From Squalus acanthias (lineage: Eukaryota): a DNA stretch of 64,000 nt. Positions 49,898-61,702 of the stretch are shown here, piece by piece. The position numbers and the translations under genes are program-made. Positions within the stretch are counted from its first letter, which is position 1. The number at the start of each line of letters is the position of its first letter. Under the pieces are notes generated by a model. It was not told where the DNA came from, ran no database searches, and saw nothing but the letters and a program-made list of their open reading frames with translations. The DNA is taken from NCBI GenBank assembly GCA_030390025.1, contig CM059432.1:121770001-121834000 (forward strand). Direction: 5' to 3'.

Positions 49898-51058
49898 ATG
49901 GGGGCTGCAATGATTGGGGGCGTCGTCCTGCTCCAGCTGAATCGGAGGATACCGAGACGCAGACAGAGAGTGGCAATGATGGCCAGACGGAGGAGGGCCA
50001 TCAGGCGCATGTACAGGAGAGCTTACCCTCCCAGGGTATATCGTGAACAGCTCTCCTACATCCATATGTCCGAGGAGCTGTGTTTGCGAAGGCTGCGATT
50101 CAGCAAGGAGGTGGTCACTGAGCTCTGCCACCTGCTGCAGCCAGATCTGCAGCCTCAGCTGAGGTCCAGGACGTCTCTGTCGGTGGCAGTGAAGGTCACA
50201 GTGGCTTTGAACTTCTACGCCACTGGCTCATTCCAAGCTGCTGTTGGGGACCTCGCCAATATCTCCCAGTTTGCGGTGCATCGCTGCATCCGGCAGGTCA
50301 CCAATGCCCTCTTCACAAGGAGACGAGACTTCATCTCTTTCCCTATGACCCCAGACAAGCAGCGTGACCGTGCTCTGGGCTTTGCGAGGGTAGCGGGCTT
50401 CCCCATGGTGCAGGGCACCATTGACTGCACGCATGTGGCTTTGCGTGCTCCGCGAGAGAATGCAGAGGAATTCAGGAACAGAAAGGGGTTCCATTCCTTG
50501 AATGTGCAGTTGGTCTGTGACCACAGACAGGTGATACTCGCTGTCAATGCCCACTATCCGGGCAGCTGCCACGATGCTTTCATCCTGCGCCAGACTACTG
50601 TGGCAGAAGTTTTCGAGGCACCGCATCAGCCAGTTGGTTGGCTTCTGGGGGACAAGGGGTACGCATTGAGCACCTGGCTGATGACACCGCTCCGTACGCC
50701 AAACACCCCTGCTGAGCTGCGGTACAATGAAAGCCATCAAGCAATCAGGAACATTATTGAGCGCACAATCGGCGTGCTGAAACAACGGTTCCGCTGTCTG
50801 GACCATTCCGGAGGAGCCCTGCAGTACTCGCCTGAGCAAGTTTCGAACTTCGTAGTCGTGTGCTGCATGTTGCACAACATGGCAATCCTCAGGACCCAGC
50901 CAATGCCACCAGGCCTTGTAGCACCACCAGAGGAGGAGGAGGAAGAGGAGGAAGAGGACGAGGACGATGATCATCAGCAGCACCAAGGCAGGAGGGCGGC
51001 CCACAATGGTCAAACTGCAAGGGCCGTCCGTCAACGACTAATAGCAAGCCGCTTCTAG
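49898..51058 (+). CDS. HARBI1-like DDE transposase, 386 aa, intact
   Basis: [57 protein letters not shown], acidic tail. Confidence 0.93.
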   Translation: MGAAMIGGVVLLQLNRRIPRRRQRVAMMARRRRAIRRMYRRAYPPRVYREQLSYIHMSEELCLRRLRFSKEVVTELCHLLQPDLQPQLRSRTSLSVAVKVTVALNFYATGSFQAAVGDLANISQFAVHRCIRQVTNALFTRRRDFISFPMTPDKQRDRALGFARVAGFPMVQGTIDCTHVALRAPRENAEEFRNRKGFHSLNVQLVCDHRQVILAVNAHYPGSCHDAFILRQTTVAEVFEAPHQPVGWLLGDKGYALSTWLMTPLRTPNTPAELRYNESHQAIRNIIERTIGVLKQRFRCLDHSGGALQYSPEQVSNFVVVCCMLHNMAILRTQPMPPGLVAPPEEEEEEEEEDEDDDHQQHQGRRAAHNGQTARAVRQRLIASRF

Positions 51059-51352
51059 GGCCCCTGCCATTGCTACAAACACTAATCAACCCAGCACGCA
51101 ACCCCTAAGCCGGCCAAGGCACCAATAATTCCAACCACCAGCCATGTATATTTTGAATACAGAAACTTATTTATTTTACAAACTCTGCGTGTGTCAATAC
51201 CTCATGACAAACTCATAGAAATAAACACAAAAAAACAGTCAATAACATAACTGGTTCTCACAACCTGGAGATAATGTCCAAAACACTAAACAAAAGTTGG
51301 ACCATGAACCTAGGCCTTTAATAAAAAAATGACCAGCATTTTGTCACACCTC

Positions 51353-53283
51353 CTACTTTTTGCCCTTCGAGGGTGATCTCCTTCCCTTGCGCACTTCCCC
51401 CCTTCTAACCCTACTGCTCCTCCATAATGGGACCTCAGTGGCTGCAGCAAGGCTGGTGGAAGGCTGCTGCTCGTCAGACCCTGACACTGCAGATGCCCCT
51501 GAAGGACGGCCTCGACCACTTCTGGGCCTGGAGGGCCCGGCTGCAGACTGCACCAACTCTGCATGGGCGGCAGCAGTCTGTCCTACAGGCGGTGGCAAGT
51601 GCAGTGGAGAAGTGACAGTGTTGGCAGCAGGAATGCTGTCATCGTGAGAGAGGACAGCAACTCCCTGCTCGCCCGACACACTGGCACTCCCACGGGGCAG
51701 CACTTCAGCATCCGGAGCAATTTGCCGGACAACAGATTGCTGGCCTGCTGCGGCGCGGTGACAGCCCCGGGGACATGTGCACGAACCATCGAGGTTGGCA
51801 GCAGTCTGTGCTCGCGTGGCCTCCATCTGAGTCTGTATGAGAGCAGTCAGAGGTGGGATCACGGCAGCCAGTGACTGAATTGCAGCACTAAGCGTTAGTG
51901 TGGCATCCGCCTGTGCTACAGCAAAGTGCTCCACACTCCTTGCCAGTGACTCAATGCAATCGGGCACCCTTCCCACTGCACCCATGAGCTCAGTGTGCAT
52001 GCCCACCGCCTGGGTGTTCATTTCTGCAATCAGCCGCTCCTCCTCTGCGTCCATTGCAGTAGGAGTGTCTGGCATACTCTCCCTCTGGGGAGAAGGCCCC
52101 CGTTCTTCCCTACCCCCCCCATGGCGTTGCTGCAGCCCGCTGGGTCCTGGAGCTTCACCATCATCAGCCCCTTCCCCCCTGCTCCCCTCCGGGGAAGGCG
52201 TGTTCCCAGTGTGGGCATGGGCTTCCTCGGGAGAGGGTGGCACTGATGCTCCGGCTTCCTCTTCCTCCTCAGCTGCAGCATCACTCCCAGTGGCAGCTTC
52301 AGGGCCCGTCTCCTCAGCTGGTGAATCACCATCTGAAAGCAGGGAGGTACAAGAGTGGCTTTAGCGTGAGGACAGGGTGGCAGTAAGGGAGGAATAAGTG
52401 CAGCGAGTTAGCAAGTTGAATTGAAAGTGTCAAAGGCTGGTATTGTGAGGGACAAGTGGAAAGACAGAGGACAAAAAGGTGATGACCTTACCATTGCTGT
52501 CCACAACGGGGTCGGCGTCTCCAGTGGCGACGGGACCGATCACCCGGCTTGCCACAATCCTGTGGACGCGCTCCTCCAGATCGCTGAGGGGTTGCAGCTG
52601 AAGCCGCCCTCCACCCGTCCGTTGCTGCTGTCTCCGATTATGAGCCAGCTTAGCCTGCAAGAAAAAGGACAGCATCTGAGTAAATATACAGGCATGGTCT
52701 TGCCTGATGTGCCTCCCATAGGTGAATAGCCCTTACAATATACAGCCATGGTCTTGCCTGATGTGCCTCCCATAGGTGAATAGCCCTTACAATATACAGC
52801 CATGGTCTTGCCTGATGTGCCTCCCATAGGTGAATAGCCCTTACAATATACAGCCATGGTCTTGCCTGATGTGCCTCCCATAGGTGAATAGCCCTTACTG
52901 TATGCAAAGTGTGGAATGTGTGTGTGTGTTTGATGAAAGGGCCATAGGTGTTGGATGAGTGTTGTGCATTGGGGTTTTAAGACCCTCTGGCCATAGAGTG
53001 AGGTTGAGATGGAGGGATGGAGAAGTATTGAGAAAAAGCCACTCACCCTGACGACCCGAGTGAGGTTGTTGAACTTTTTGCGGCATTGAACATGGGTCCT
53101 GGGCACCATGCTCCTGGAGGAGACGCTCTGAGCCACTTCCCTCCACACTCTTCTGAACTCGCGTGGCAAAGGCCTCCTGCCACTCTCCGGGAACAGCATG
53201 CATCGTCTGCGCTCCACTGCGTCAACCAGAGCATCCAAGGCCCGCTCGGTGAAGCGATGAGCGCGTTCTCTCACCCTCTCCAT
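51353..53283 (-). CDS. Predicted 3-exon Myb/SANT-like accessory protein (459 aa): exons 53283-53047, 52654-52492, 52332-51353
   Basis: GTGAGT/TTGCAG and GTAAGG/TTTCAG boundaries with phases 0 and 1 give 1380 nt in frame; RFTERALDALV..W..VA..V..RT..QCRKKFNNL. Confidence 0.82.
52683..52898. repeat. Tandem repeat, 4 x 54 bp, in Myb intron 1
   Basis: Unit AATATACAGCCATGGTCTTGCCTGATGTGCCTCCCATAGGTGAATAGCCCTTAC; only one mismatch (first copy). Confidence 0.97.
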
Positions 53284-54789
53284 GCTTGGCAGCAAAATGG
53301 ATTACAGGTCTCTCCAGGCTGAGATTCAAGGCTGCAATGAGCAGGGTGTGGCTGGGGAGCAAGTGGCCCCCCCCCGCTTTAAGAAGTGTCCGGCGCCAGT
53401 GTGTCTGTGTTCCCTCGCTAACTGGCAGCAGCTGCGCTGCGCTCGTGCGCTGAGTTAGCGCCTCACTCCTTGGCCTTTGCGCCTTAAGAGAGGTGTGCAG
53501 CGCCTACTTTCGCGCTCCACTCACCTCCCGGGGCGGTAAAAGTGAAGTTTCCTGTCAGTGCCGATAATTAGCGCCAGACGCTAATATTTGCGTCCGGACG
53601 ATATTTGCGCCCCAAATGGGGCGCGACCTAATTTCTACCCCTTAGAATTCTTACGCCTGGTAAGAGCAGGTATAAGGCCTGCTTTTACCAGGATAAGAGT
53701 TGAAAAACAAATTTTTTTTCACTCATTTATCATTTTAAATACTTCTAAAAAATAGTAAGTTTATTTTTAGCCCCGTAAAAAACTTCAATTACTTTTTCAA
53801 AAAATTAAATTTTTGTTTAAAATAATTAATTTATTGTCATTTCAACTAATTTTAAAAAGGTGATGGTTTTTTAAAAATGTATTTAAAGTTTTACTATGTT
53901 TTTGGGGTGATCTCCATTCATATATTTGACAGGTCTATCTGTCAAGTGTATGAAGGGAAGTTCCCTTCTTTTATTGGCTCCCCATGGCCCACGTGATCCC
54001 AGGGATGCTGCGAACTGCCTGCGCCTCTGGGATACGTGGGCCCTGCACACTTGGAGTTTGGAGAGGCCCAGGAGCGGAAGTATAGGTGCCTCGGGAGCCC
54101 CCAGGTAAGTTTGTAGATTTTTCCGCACGCAGGAGGCCTCCGATCGGAAAATACGGCCCATATTCTCTAGAGTGCCTGGTTGGTATAAAAAACTTACTTA
54201 AATGTATTGTGAAAGCAGTTTCTCTAATATGGGAGTCACTTACTGCAAGAGCTAAATACCTACAGGCATAATAAGAAGCAACTGAGCACACTGAATACAG
54301 CAAAGACTGTGGGCCCTGATAACATCCCGGCTATAGTGATGAAGACATGTGCACTAGAACTAGCTGCCCCCCATCCCCCATGCTACACTCGTTATTCCAG
54401 TGCAGCTATGGCACTGACACTTAATTGACATTGTGGAAAATTGCCCCGGTCTGTCCAATCCACAAAAAGCAGGACAAATCTAACCCTGCCAATTACTGCT
54501 GTATCAGCCTTCTACCAATCATTAGCAGAGAAGTAGTCAACAGTGCCATCAAGTGACACCTATTCAAAATAGCCTGCATGCTGACACTCAGTTTAGGTTC
54601 CACTAGAGCTACCCACCTCTTGTCATAGCCTTGATCCCCACATGAATGCAAGAGCTGCATTCCACAGGAGAAGTGAGAGTAGCTTGCTTTGACATCAGGG
54701 CACCATCTGGCTGACTATAGCACAAAGAAGTCCGGGCAAAACTCAGGTGACTGGGGGGTCAATAGGAAAACCCTCCATGTAATATACTT

Positions 54790-56900
54790 CGATTAGATGC
54801 AATATACTTGGTTTTCAAAATGCCTTTGATAAGCTACCGCCTAGTAGATTCATAACTAACCTCAGAGCCTCTGGAGTCAGGGGACAAGCAGCAGAACAGA
54901 AAACAGACAGTAGGGGTTAAAGGTAGTTGCTCAAACAGGTGGAAGGTGGGAAGTGATGTTCCACAGGGATTGGTGCTGGGACCACTGTTGTTCACCATTT
55001 ACATAAATGATTTGGACTCAGGAATCGGAAGTACAATTTCAAAATTTGTGGATGACACCAACTTGGGTGGTATAGTTAATACTGAGGAAGACTGCGACAA
55101 AATACAAGAAGACGTTAATAAACTTGAAGAATGGGCATGTAAATGTCAAATGAATTTCAATATAGATAAGTGTGAGGTTGTGCATTTTGATAGGAAGAAT
55201 AAGGAGGCCACATACTCCCTAGAAAATAAGGGGGAGAAATTCGGCTGCTTTGCGCCTCCCTTTAGCGCCTGGGGGGTGGTAACAGGGCGCTAAGGGATTA
55301 GCGACCAGGCGCAGCGAATTCAGCGATGCCCGTGAACTTCCCTGCTGGTTTAGCGCTGGCGCTAACACTTGCTTTCTCGCCCTCTAGCACCTCGCAAATC
55401 GTGGTGTCATAAAGTGTGCAGCACCCCGTTACCGCCCCGGATGTGAAGTTGCCTCCCGTACCCTGCTGTATCGCAAGGCATCAGCAACGGCAGAAAGAGG
55501 AGGCGTTGTCACCTTGGCTGGCTTGGGGAGCGCTAATTAAGGCAGTGGTTTTCAGGTCGGCCAAACTTTACTCTTTGCACCAGTCTGGTGCCTGCTGAAA
55601 GTTTTCGATGCTTTATTGCTGCGAGATGTCCGAGCCCTCCACTCTCTGAGAGTGTTTGGGGCTGTAATGGCAGTCGCGCAGGTCGCCTGGCAACACAGAA
55701 CTGAGCAGAAGTATGTTGTGCACCATCATTGGCCCTTCCCTTTAAGCGAGGGAAGCAGGCTCCGATGCCGGTATCTTTGTGCTCCACATTGTTCAGCGCT
55801 ACTGCCGCTACCGCCCCGCTCTCGTACTTTAGCACCCTAAGAGAAGTGGTTAGCATTTGATTTAGCGCTCCACTTCCCTCTCGGAGCGCTAAAGCTCAAT
55901 TTCCCAGGGATACTTTCTGAGATTTCAAAAGTTATCGCCCCAAATGGGGCGCTATGGAATTTCTAGCCCTAAGAGTTTAAATGGGGTAGAGGAGCAAAGG
56001 GATATATCTTTAAAATTATGAAGGGGTTTGATAGGGCAGACATAGAGAAGATATTTCCACTTGTGGGGAGGGTCCTAAACTAGGGGCCATAAATATAAGA
56101 TAGTCAGTAATAAATCCAATAGGGAATTAAGGAGAAATGTCTTTAGCCAGAGAGTGGTTAGAATGTGGAACTTGCTACCACAGGGAGTGGTTAAGCTGAA
56201 CAGATAAACACATCATTAAAAGTAGTAACACAAGTTAACAAGGCCATAAAAATGCAAACAAAACACTGGGGTTCATTTCTAGAGGAATAGAATTGGATAG
56301 CAGGGAAATTATGCTAAACTTGTATAGAACCTAGGTTAGACTTGGAGTACTGTGTACAGTTCTGGTCTGCATATTACTAGAAGCATAAAGAGGCAGTGGA
56401 GGAGTTGCAAAAAGTATTTACAAGGGTTGTACCAGAACTGAGAAGTCATAACTATCAGGAAAGACTGAACAGACTGGGGCTCTTTTCTCTAGAAAAGAGA
56501 AGGCTGAGGGGTGACCTGATGGAGGTCTTTAAAATTATGAAGGGGTTTGATAGGGCAGATATAGAGAAGATATTTCCACTTGTGGGAGGGTCCTAAACCA
56601 GGGGCCATAAATATAAGATAGTCAGTAATAAATCCAATCGGGAATTCAGGAGAAACGTCTTTAGCCAGAGAGTGGTTAGAATGTGGAACTTGCTACCACA
56701 TGGAGTAGTTAAGCTGAATAGCATAGATTCCTTTAAGGGGAAGCTAGATAAGTACATGAGGGAGGAAGGAATAGAAGGATATGCAGATAGGGCTCGATGA
56801 ATTAGGATGGGAGGAGGCTAATGTGGAGCATAAACACTGGCTCAGACCAGTTGGGCCAAATTGCCTGTTTCTGTGCTGTAAATTCTATGTAATTCTATGT
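54790..56900 (+). mobile_element. 5'-truncated CR1 with nested MITE and internal duplication
   Basis: VPQG..FVDD, LRGDL; tail (AATTCTATGT)n. Confidence 0.85.
55230..55969. mobile_element. Harbinger MITE, 740 bp
   Basis: TIR GGGGGAGAAATTC / GAATTTCTAGCCC; TAA TSD. Confidence 0.88.
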
Positions 56901-57099
56901 GGCTAGAGTCATACCTGACAGAGAGGAAGATGGGAATGGTCACAGCCCTAGAATTGCTGTCAAAGTTCCTCAGGGTAGAGTTCTTGGTCCTACCATTTGC
57001 AGCTGATTCATCAATGACCTTCCCTCTGTCATAAGGTCAGGAGTGAGACTGTTCACTGACAATTCTATGCTCAGCTTTATTCAAAACTCCTCTGATAAT

Positions 57100-57862
57100 G
57101 GCCCGAAAATTAAACCTAATACGCGAGAGTACGCACTGTGTACTCTCGCGTATTAGATCCCGAATTGCCGGTTTCCTGCATGCACTGCGTATGTGCGGGA
57201 AACCGGCACTTCGTGAATTGAAAAGGGGGCGGTTCCTAAGTGAACCGCGTGCGCGCTACAGGCTGTGCGCACGCAGTGCACTTCATTTTTTTTCCAGCTT
57301 TGAACGCGCAGGTAAGTGGTGAAGATTTTACACATAAAGAAAGCAGGCATAGGACCCCCTTTTAACAAGGTAAGTAGTTAATTAAGTGTTATTTTAAAAA
57401 TTTTTCAACAGGTTTATCTTTTTTAGAGACTTTAAAGAAAGGTAAGTTTATTTTTATAACTTTTAAAAAGATTTTAAATTTTTTCAAAAATTTAATTTTT
57501 TGTTTAAAGTGGTTAATTTATTTAATTATACTTATTTTATTAATGTGATGGCTTTTTTTTAAATTTAATTGAGGTTTCGCTGTTCTTTTGGGGGTGTGTA
57601 GTATTCATAGCTTTGACAGCTCTTGCCGTCAAAACTATGAATGAAAGATGGTGTGCTGCCATTGGCTCTAACTGAATCACGTGATCCCAGAGCTCACACG
57701 AACTAATTGCGCCTCTGGGTCACGCAAGCACTGCACGGTTCCAACAGAGAGAGCCTTTGAAACTAAAGTTCGTGTGGGCCCGGAGCAAAAGGTAGGCGCG
57801 GAGTGCGATATCGCGGGGAATCCTTACCCCCGCGGGAACCATCCATGTTTAATTTCTGGGCC
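57100..57862. mobile_element. AT-core MITE
   Basis: TIR GGCCCGAAAATTAAAC / GTTTAATTTCTGGGCC; AAT TSD. Confidence 0.88.
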
Positions 57863-58786
57863 AATGAAGCAGCTCATGCCAGCCTAAATAAAATCTAGTT
57901 ATACGATAAATTCCAGGTAGTATTTTCACTACACAAGTGCCAGTTAATGACCATCTCCAACAGGAAAATCACCTCCCTTGACCATCAATAGTAACACCAA
58001 TGCTGAACTTTCCACCATCAACATCCATGGGGCTCCTGGGCTTGAAGCTTCACTGGACCAGTTATATCAACACTGTAACTATGAGCAGGGCAGAGGCTGG
58101 TTGCTCTGCGATGAGTAGCTCACCTCCCATTCCTTATTGCCTTTCTACCATCTACAAGGCTCAAGTCAGGAGTGTGATAGAATACGCACAGCTTGCTTGG
58201 CTGGGTGCAGCCACTACGACACTCAAGGGACTTAACACCATCCAGAACAAAATAGTCCACTTGACTGGCGCCTCTGCCACTCAATGTCCATCCCCTCCAC
58301 CACCAATGCACCGTGGCTGCAGTATGTACTATCTACAGGATGCACTGCAGCAACTGGCCAGGTTCACTTTGATAGTATCTACCATCAAGAAGGACAAGAG
58401 CAGCAATATCATGGGAACTACATAATAGGCAAGTTTCCCTTGAAGTCACACACTTTCCGACTTGAATGTACAGCACAGAAACAGGCCATTCAGCCCAACT
58501 GGTCCATGCTGGTGTTTATGCTCCACATGAGCTTCCTCCCAACCATCTTCATCTAACCCTATCAGCATAACCTTCTATTCCTTTCTCCCTCATGTGTTTA
58601 TCTAGCTTCCCCTTAAATGCATTTATGCTATTCACCTCAACTATTCCATTGGTAGCGAGTTCCCCATTCTAACTATTCTCTGGGTAAAGAAGTTTCTCCT
58701 TAATTCACAGTTGAATTTATTAGAGACTATCTTATACTCATTGCCCCTAGTTTTGGACTCCTCCTCAAGTGAAAATATCTTATCAT

Positions 58787-61295
58787 GGGGCGATTTTCTG
58801 ATGTCCGAGGTGGCAGGTTTGGAGGGAGGAAAGGCGGGAAAATCGGAAACAATGTTTGCGGGTTCGGAACCCGCCTCCGCGGGATTTTGCCGGTGCCGGT
58901 TTTGCAGGGCGGGAAACGGTCCCACCTCCAGCTGGCCAGAGTGCTTGTTAAGAGGATTAAATGCTCGTTAAGGGCCTCTCTAAGCCTATTTTGAGAGGTC
59001 TTCGTGATTTTTAGACCATTTCAGCGTGTTCCATGATCCTCCTAAAACACGCCAGCTAAACCTGGTGGGTTGACCAGTGGGTGGTCTCCTCACAGCTGCA
59101 GGTCCAATATTAAATTGTTTATTTCATCAGGGATTAGTTGCAGGTGGCAGAACTTTGCTTTAAAAGGTCTTTGAGCACTTTTAGCAGGCCTTCCGAAGTC
59201 GGAGGTGCTGCAGCTTGAATCCATCAACTGTGGGACCTCCTTGGAAGACCCTCTCCCCGCTTGCAATGAGCACTTCCCAATGGAGGCATCTGCACGCAGC
59301 ATGGGAACCATTCGTTTTCTTTCTCCATGGACCTCAGATTCGGATGAGGAGCATCCACGGCAGCAGCAGAACCAGGCAGCTCAGGAACAACAGCAGCAGG
59401 GGCCCCAACCTCCTGCTCAGGAAACTCAGTAGCAACAGCAGCAGGAGCCCCAACCTCCTGCTCAGCCACCTGATGCTGCACAGGGCAGAAGATGCCAGCG
59501 CATCGAGGCACCTCGCTGCAGGAGATACCCCCGACAGAGGGTTTACAGACAGAGGATGAGCTACCTCAACATGAGTGAGCAGCAGTGCCAAAGAAGGCTG
59601 AGACTTTCACAAGAGGTTTTCCGAGAGATCTGCGGGCTGCTGCAGCAAGACCTGGTGCCCAGAGGAGCGGGTGGACACCCCTTACCAGTGGCTGTCAAAG
59701 TCACCACCGCACTCAACTTCTTTGCCTCAGGCTCCTTCCAGGGATCATCAGCAGACATCAGCAGCATCTCCCAGTCGGCCGCCCACAGTTGCATCACGCA
59801 GGTGTCCTTTTTGCTAAGGCCCACAATTACATCCAGTTCTCAAGGGATCAAGCAAGTATAACCACCTGTTTGGTTGGCTTTGCAAATATGGCAGGCATGC
59901 CAATGGTGCAGGGCATCATAGACTGCACACATGTGGCCCTTAGGGCACCCCATCACAACCCAGCTATCTTTGTCAACCGAAAGGGCTTCCACTCCCTCAA
60001 CGTGCAGCTGGTGTGTAACCACAAGAGGGAGTTCTTCCATGTTTGCGCCAAGTTCTGTGGTAGTTGCCATGACTCTTTCATCCTGCGGCACTCTAGTGTT
60101 CCTCTTCTTTTCAATCCGCCAAACCAACTTAACGGATGGCTCCTTGGTGACAAAAACTACCCCCTGAAGAAGTGGCTAATGATGCCAATCAGGAGGCCAG
60201 CTAACGAGGCTGAAGAGCGCTATAAAGCCAGCCACACTTCGACCAGGTCCATCATCGAGCAAACCATTGGGTTGTTGAAGATGCGCTTCCGTTGCCTTGA
60301 CCGATCAGGTGGAGCCCTGCAGTATACACCATACAGGGTCTCGAGAATGGTCGTGGTCTGCTGTGCACTGCATAACATCACACAGCGTCGTGGCTTGCAG
60401 CTTCCTGATGAGAAAGTGGCTCAGTTCCAGCCCTCCTCAGATGCGGATGAGGAGGAGGATGAAGAGTAGGAGGATCTGGAGGAGGAGGAGCAGCTGGCGG
60501 AGCAGGAGGAGGAGGAGAAGCAGGAGGATGTCAGAGCGCCGATGTATCGACCGGCAGCACGCGAGCACATGGCCAGATTTGCATAGGTTGCCCAAGTTGG
60601 CACATGTCCTTGGCTCCATCCTAAGACATCATTGACAATGGACATGACTCTCTTTCCTCCTTTCACTCAGGCCACCAACCTGACAACGCAAGTGTGGCGG
60701 AGCCCGCAATGTGGAGCTCCCTAAGGCAAAAGAACAGATGCCATAACGCCAAGATTTTGGCATCAACTCATTTTAATGCTTTCCAACATGGATGGCATTT
60801 CATCAATACACAGAAACATTCACCCAATCTGCACACAGATCTGGAGGTTATATCCCTTGCCAGCTGTACCCACACAGCCTTGGTTTCTTTGGGAGGCCTC
60901 TTCCTCCCAGATGAGTGGAAGAGCACCTCCCTGCTAGCTGTCACCCCCTCAAACAACATTTGCAATGCCTCATCCAAGAGCATCGGGGAGGCCCTTGCCT
61001 TGGAATTGGACATAGTGGTTTCTCAGAATATGTTGCAGGTGGTGCAGCATAGGCAGAAATCCTGTGGAATGATCCAAGGCAGCAAGAAGCCATAAAATCA
61101 GGCTGGAAAAGTGATGTCAGCAGAGGCGAGTTTCAGTCCCAAAACACTAATTGACCAAGGGCATCCCACACCTCTGAAATCAAGTGGCCAATCAGGGGAA
61201 AATCCCAATTTTTGAAAACTATCAGTGGAGGCTGGTTTCAAACCCACCCAAACCGAAACCCACCTCCATCTCGTCTCCAGTGGGAAAATTGCCCC
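58787..61295. mobile_element. Harbinger copy 6 (related to copy 3; most of the Myb gene deleted)
   Basis: TIR GGGGCGATTTTC / GAAAATTGCCCC; Myb exon-1 remnant 61013-60830 on -. Confidence 0.85.
59301..60560 (+). pseudogene. HARBI1-like transposase with stops and a deletion/frameshift near 59805
   Basis: [26 protein letters not shown]; stops at 59430 and 60467. Confidence 0.9.
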
Positions 61296-61702
61296 CTACG
61301 TCTACCCTATCAAACCCTTTCAAAATCTTAGACCTCTATCAGGTCACCCCTCTAGAGAAAAGAGCCCCAGCCTGTTCAATCTTTCCTGATAGATATAACC
61401 TCGCAGTTCTGGTACCATCCTTGGAGATCTTTTTTGCCCCTTCTTCATTCCTATCATTCCTTCATCATTGCAGAGTCAAAATCCTGGATTTCCCTTCACA
61501 AACAACATTTATGGAGCATCATCAGCACAAGGACCATAGCAGTTCAAGGAGAAGGCCTAGCTTCATGGGACAACTAAGGACAGGCAATAAATGTAGCCTT
61601 TCCAGCATCGCCCACATCCAGGGAAAGAAATCATTTTCAAATAGTCAATACAATTACAGGAAGGCTCACTGTTAAGTCTCTATTCAGATTCTATTTTTTA
61701 TG

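Larger units (their letters stand above)
49386..53641. mobile_element. Apparently intact autonomous Harbinger (copy 5, 4256 bp)
   Basis: TIR GGGGTAAAAATT / AATTTCTACCCC; TTA TSD; both genes open. Confidence 0.92.
49165..54159. mobile_element. AT-core MITE hosting Harbinger copy 5
   Basis: TIR GGGCCGTATATTCCGATC / GATCGGAAAATACGGCCC. Confidence 0.85.
54285..58460 (+). mobile_element. Degraded KKAAHHH-type LINE RT region, split by a CR1 and a MITE
   Basis: GPDNIP, HKKQDKSNPANY (54310-54500); VPQG..INDL (56960-57060); YKAQVRSVIEY (58150). Confidence 0.6.
58465..61435 (-). mobile_element. CR1 3' fragment interrupted by Harbinger copy 6
   Basis: RRNFFTQR region at 58640-58785 resumes at 61297. 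Confidence 0.7.

Noticed and set aside
49898..51058. Host HARBI1 gene
   Set aside because: Bounded by TIRs and a TSD and paired with a Myb gene, so it is a transposon copy.
52702..52760. Hammerhead-like CTGATG-GCCT..AGGT-GAA in the 54-bp repeat
   Set aside because: Core reads CUGAUGU and GAAU instead of CUGANGA and GAAA, and stems I and III do not form.
52683..52898. CRISPR array
   Set aside because: Pure tandem units with no unique spacers, in vertebrate DNA.
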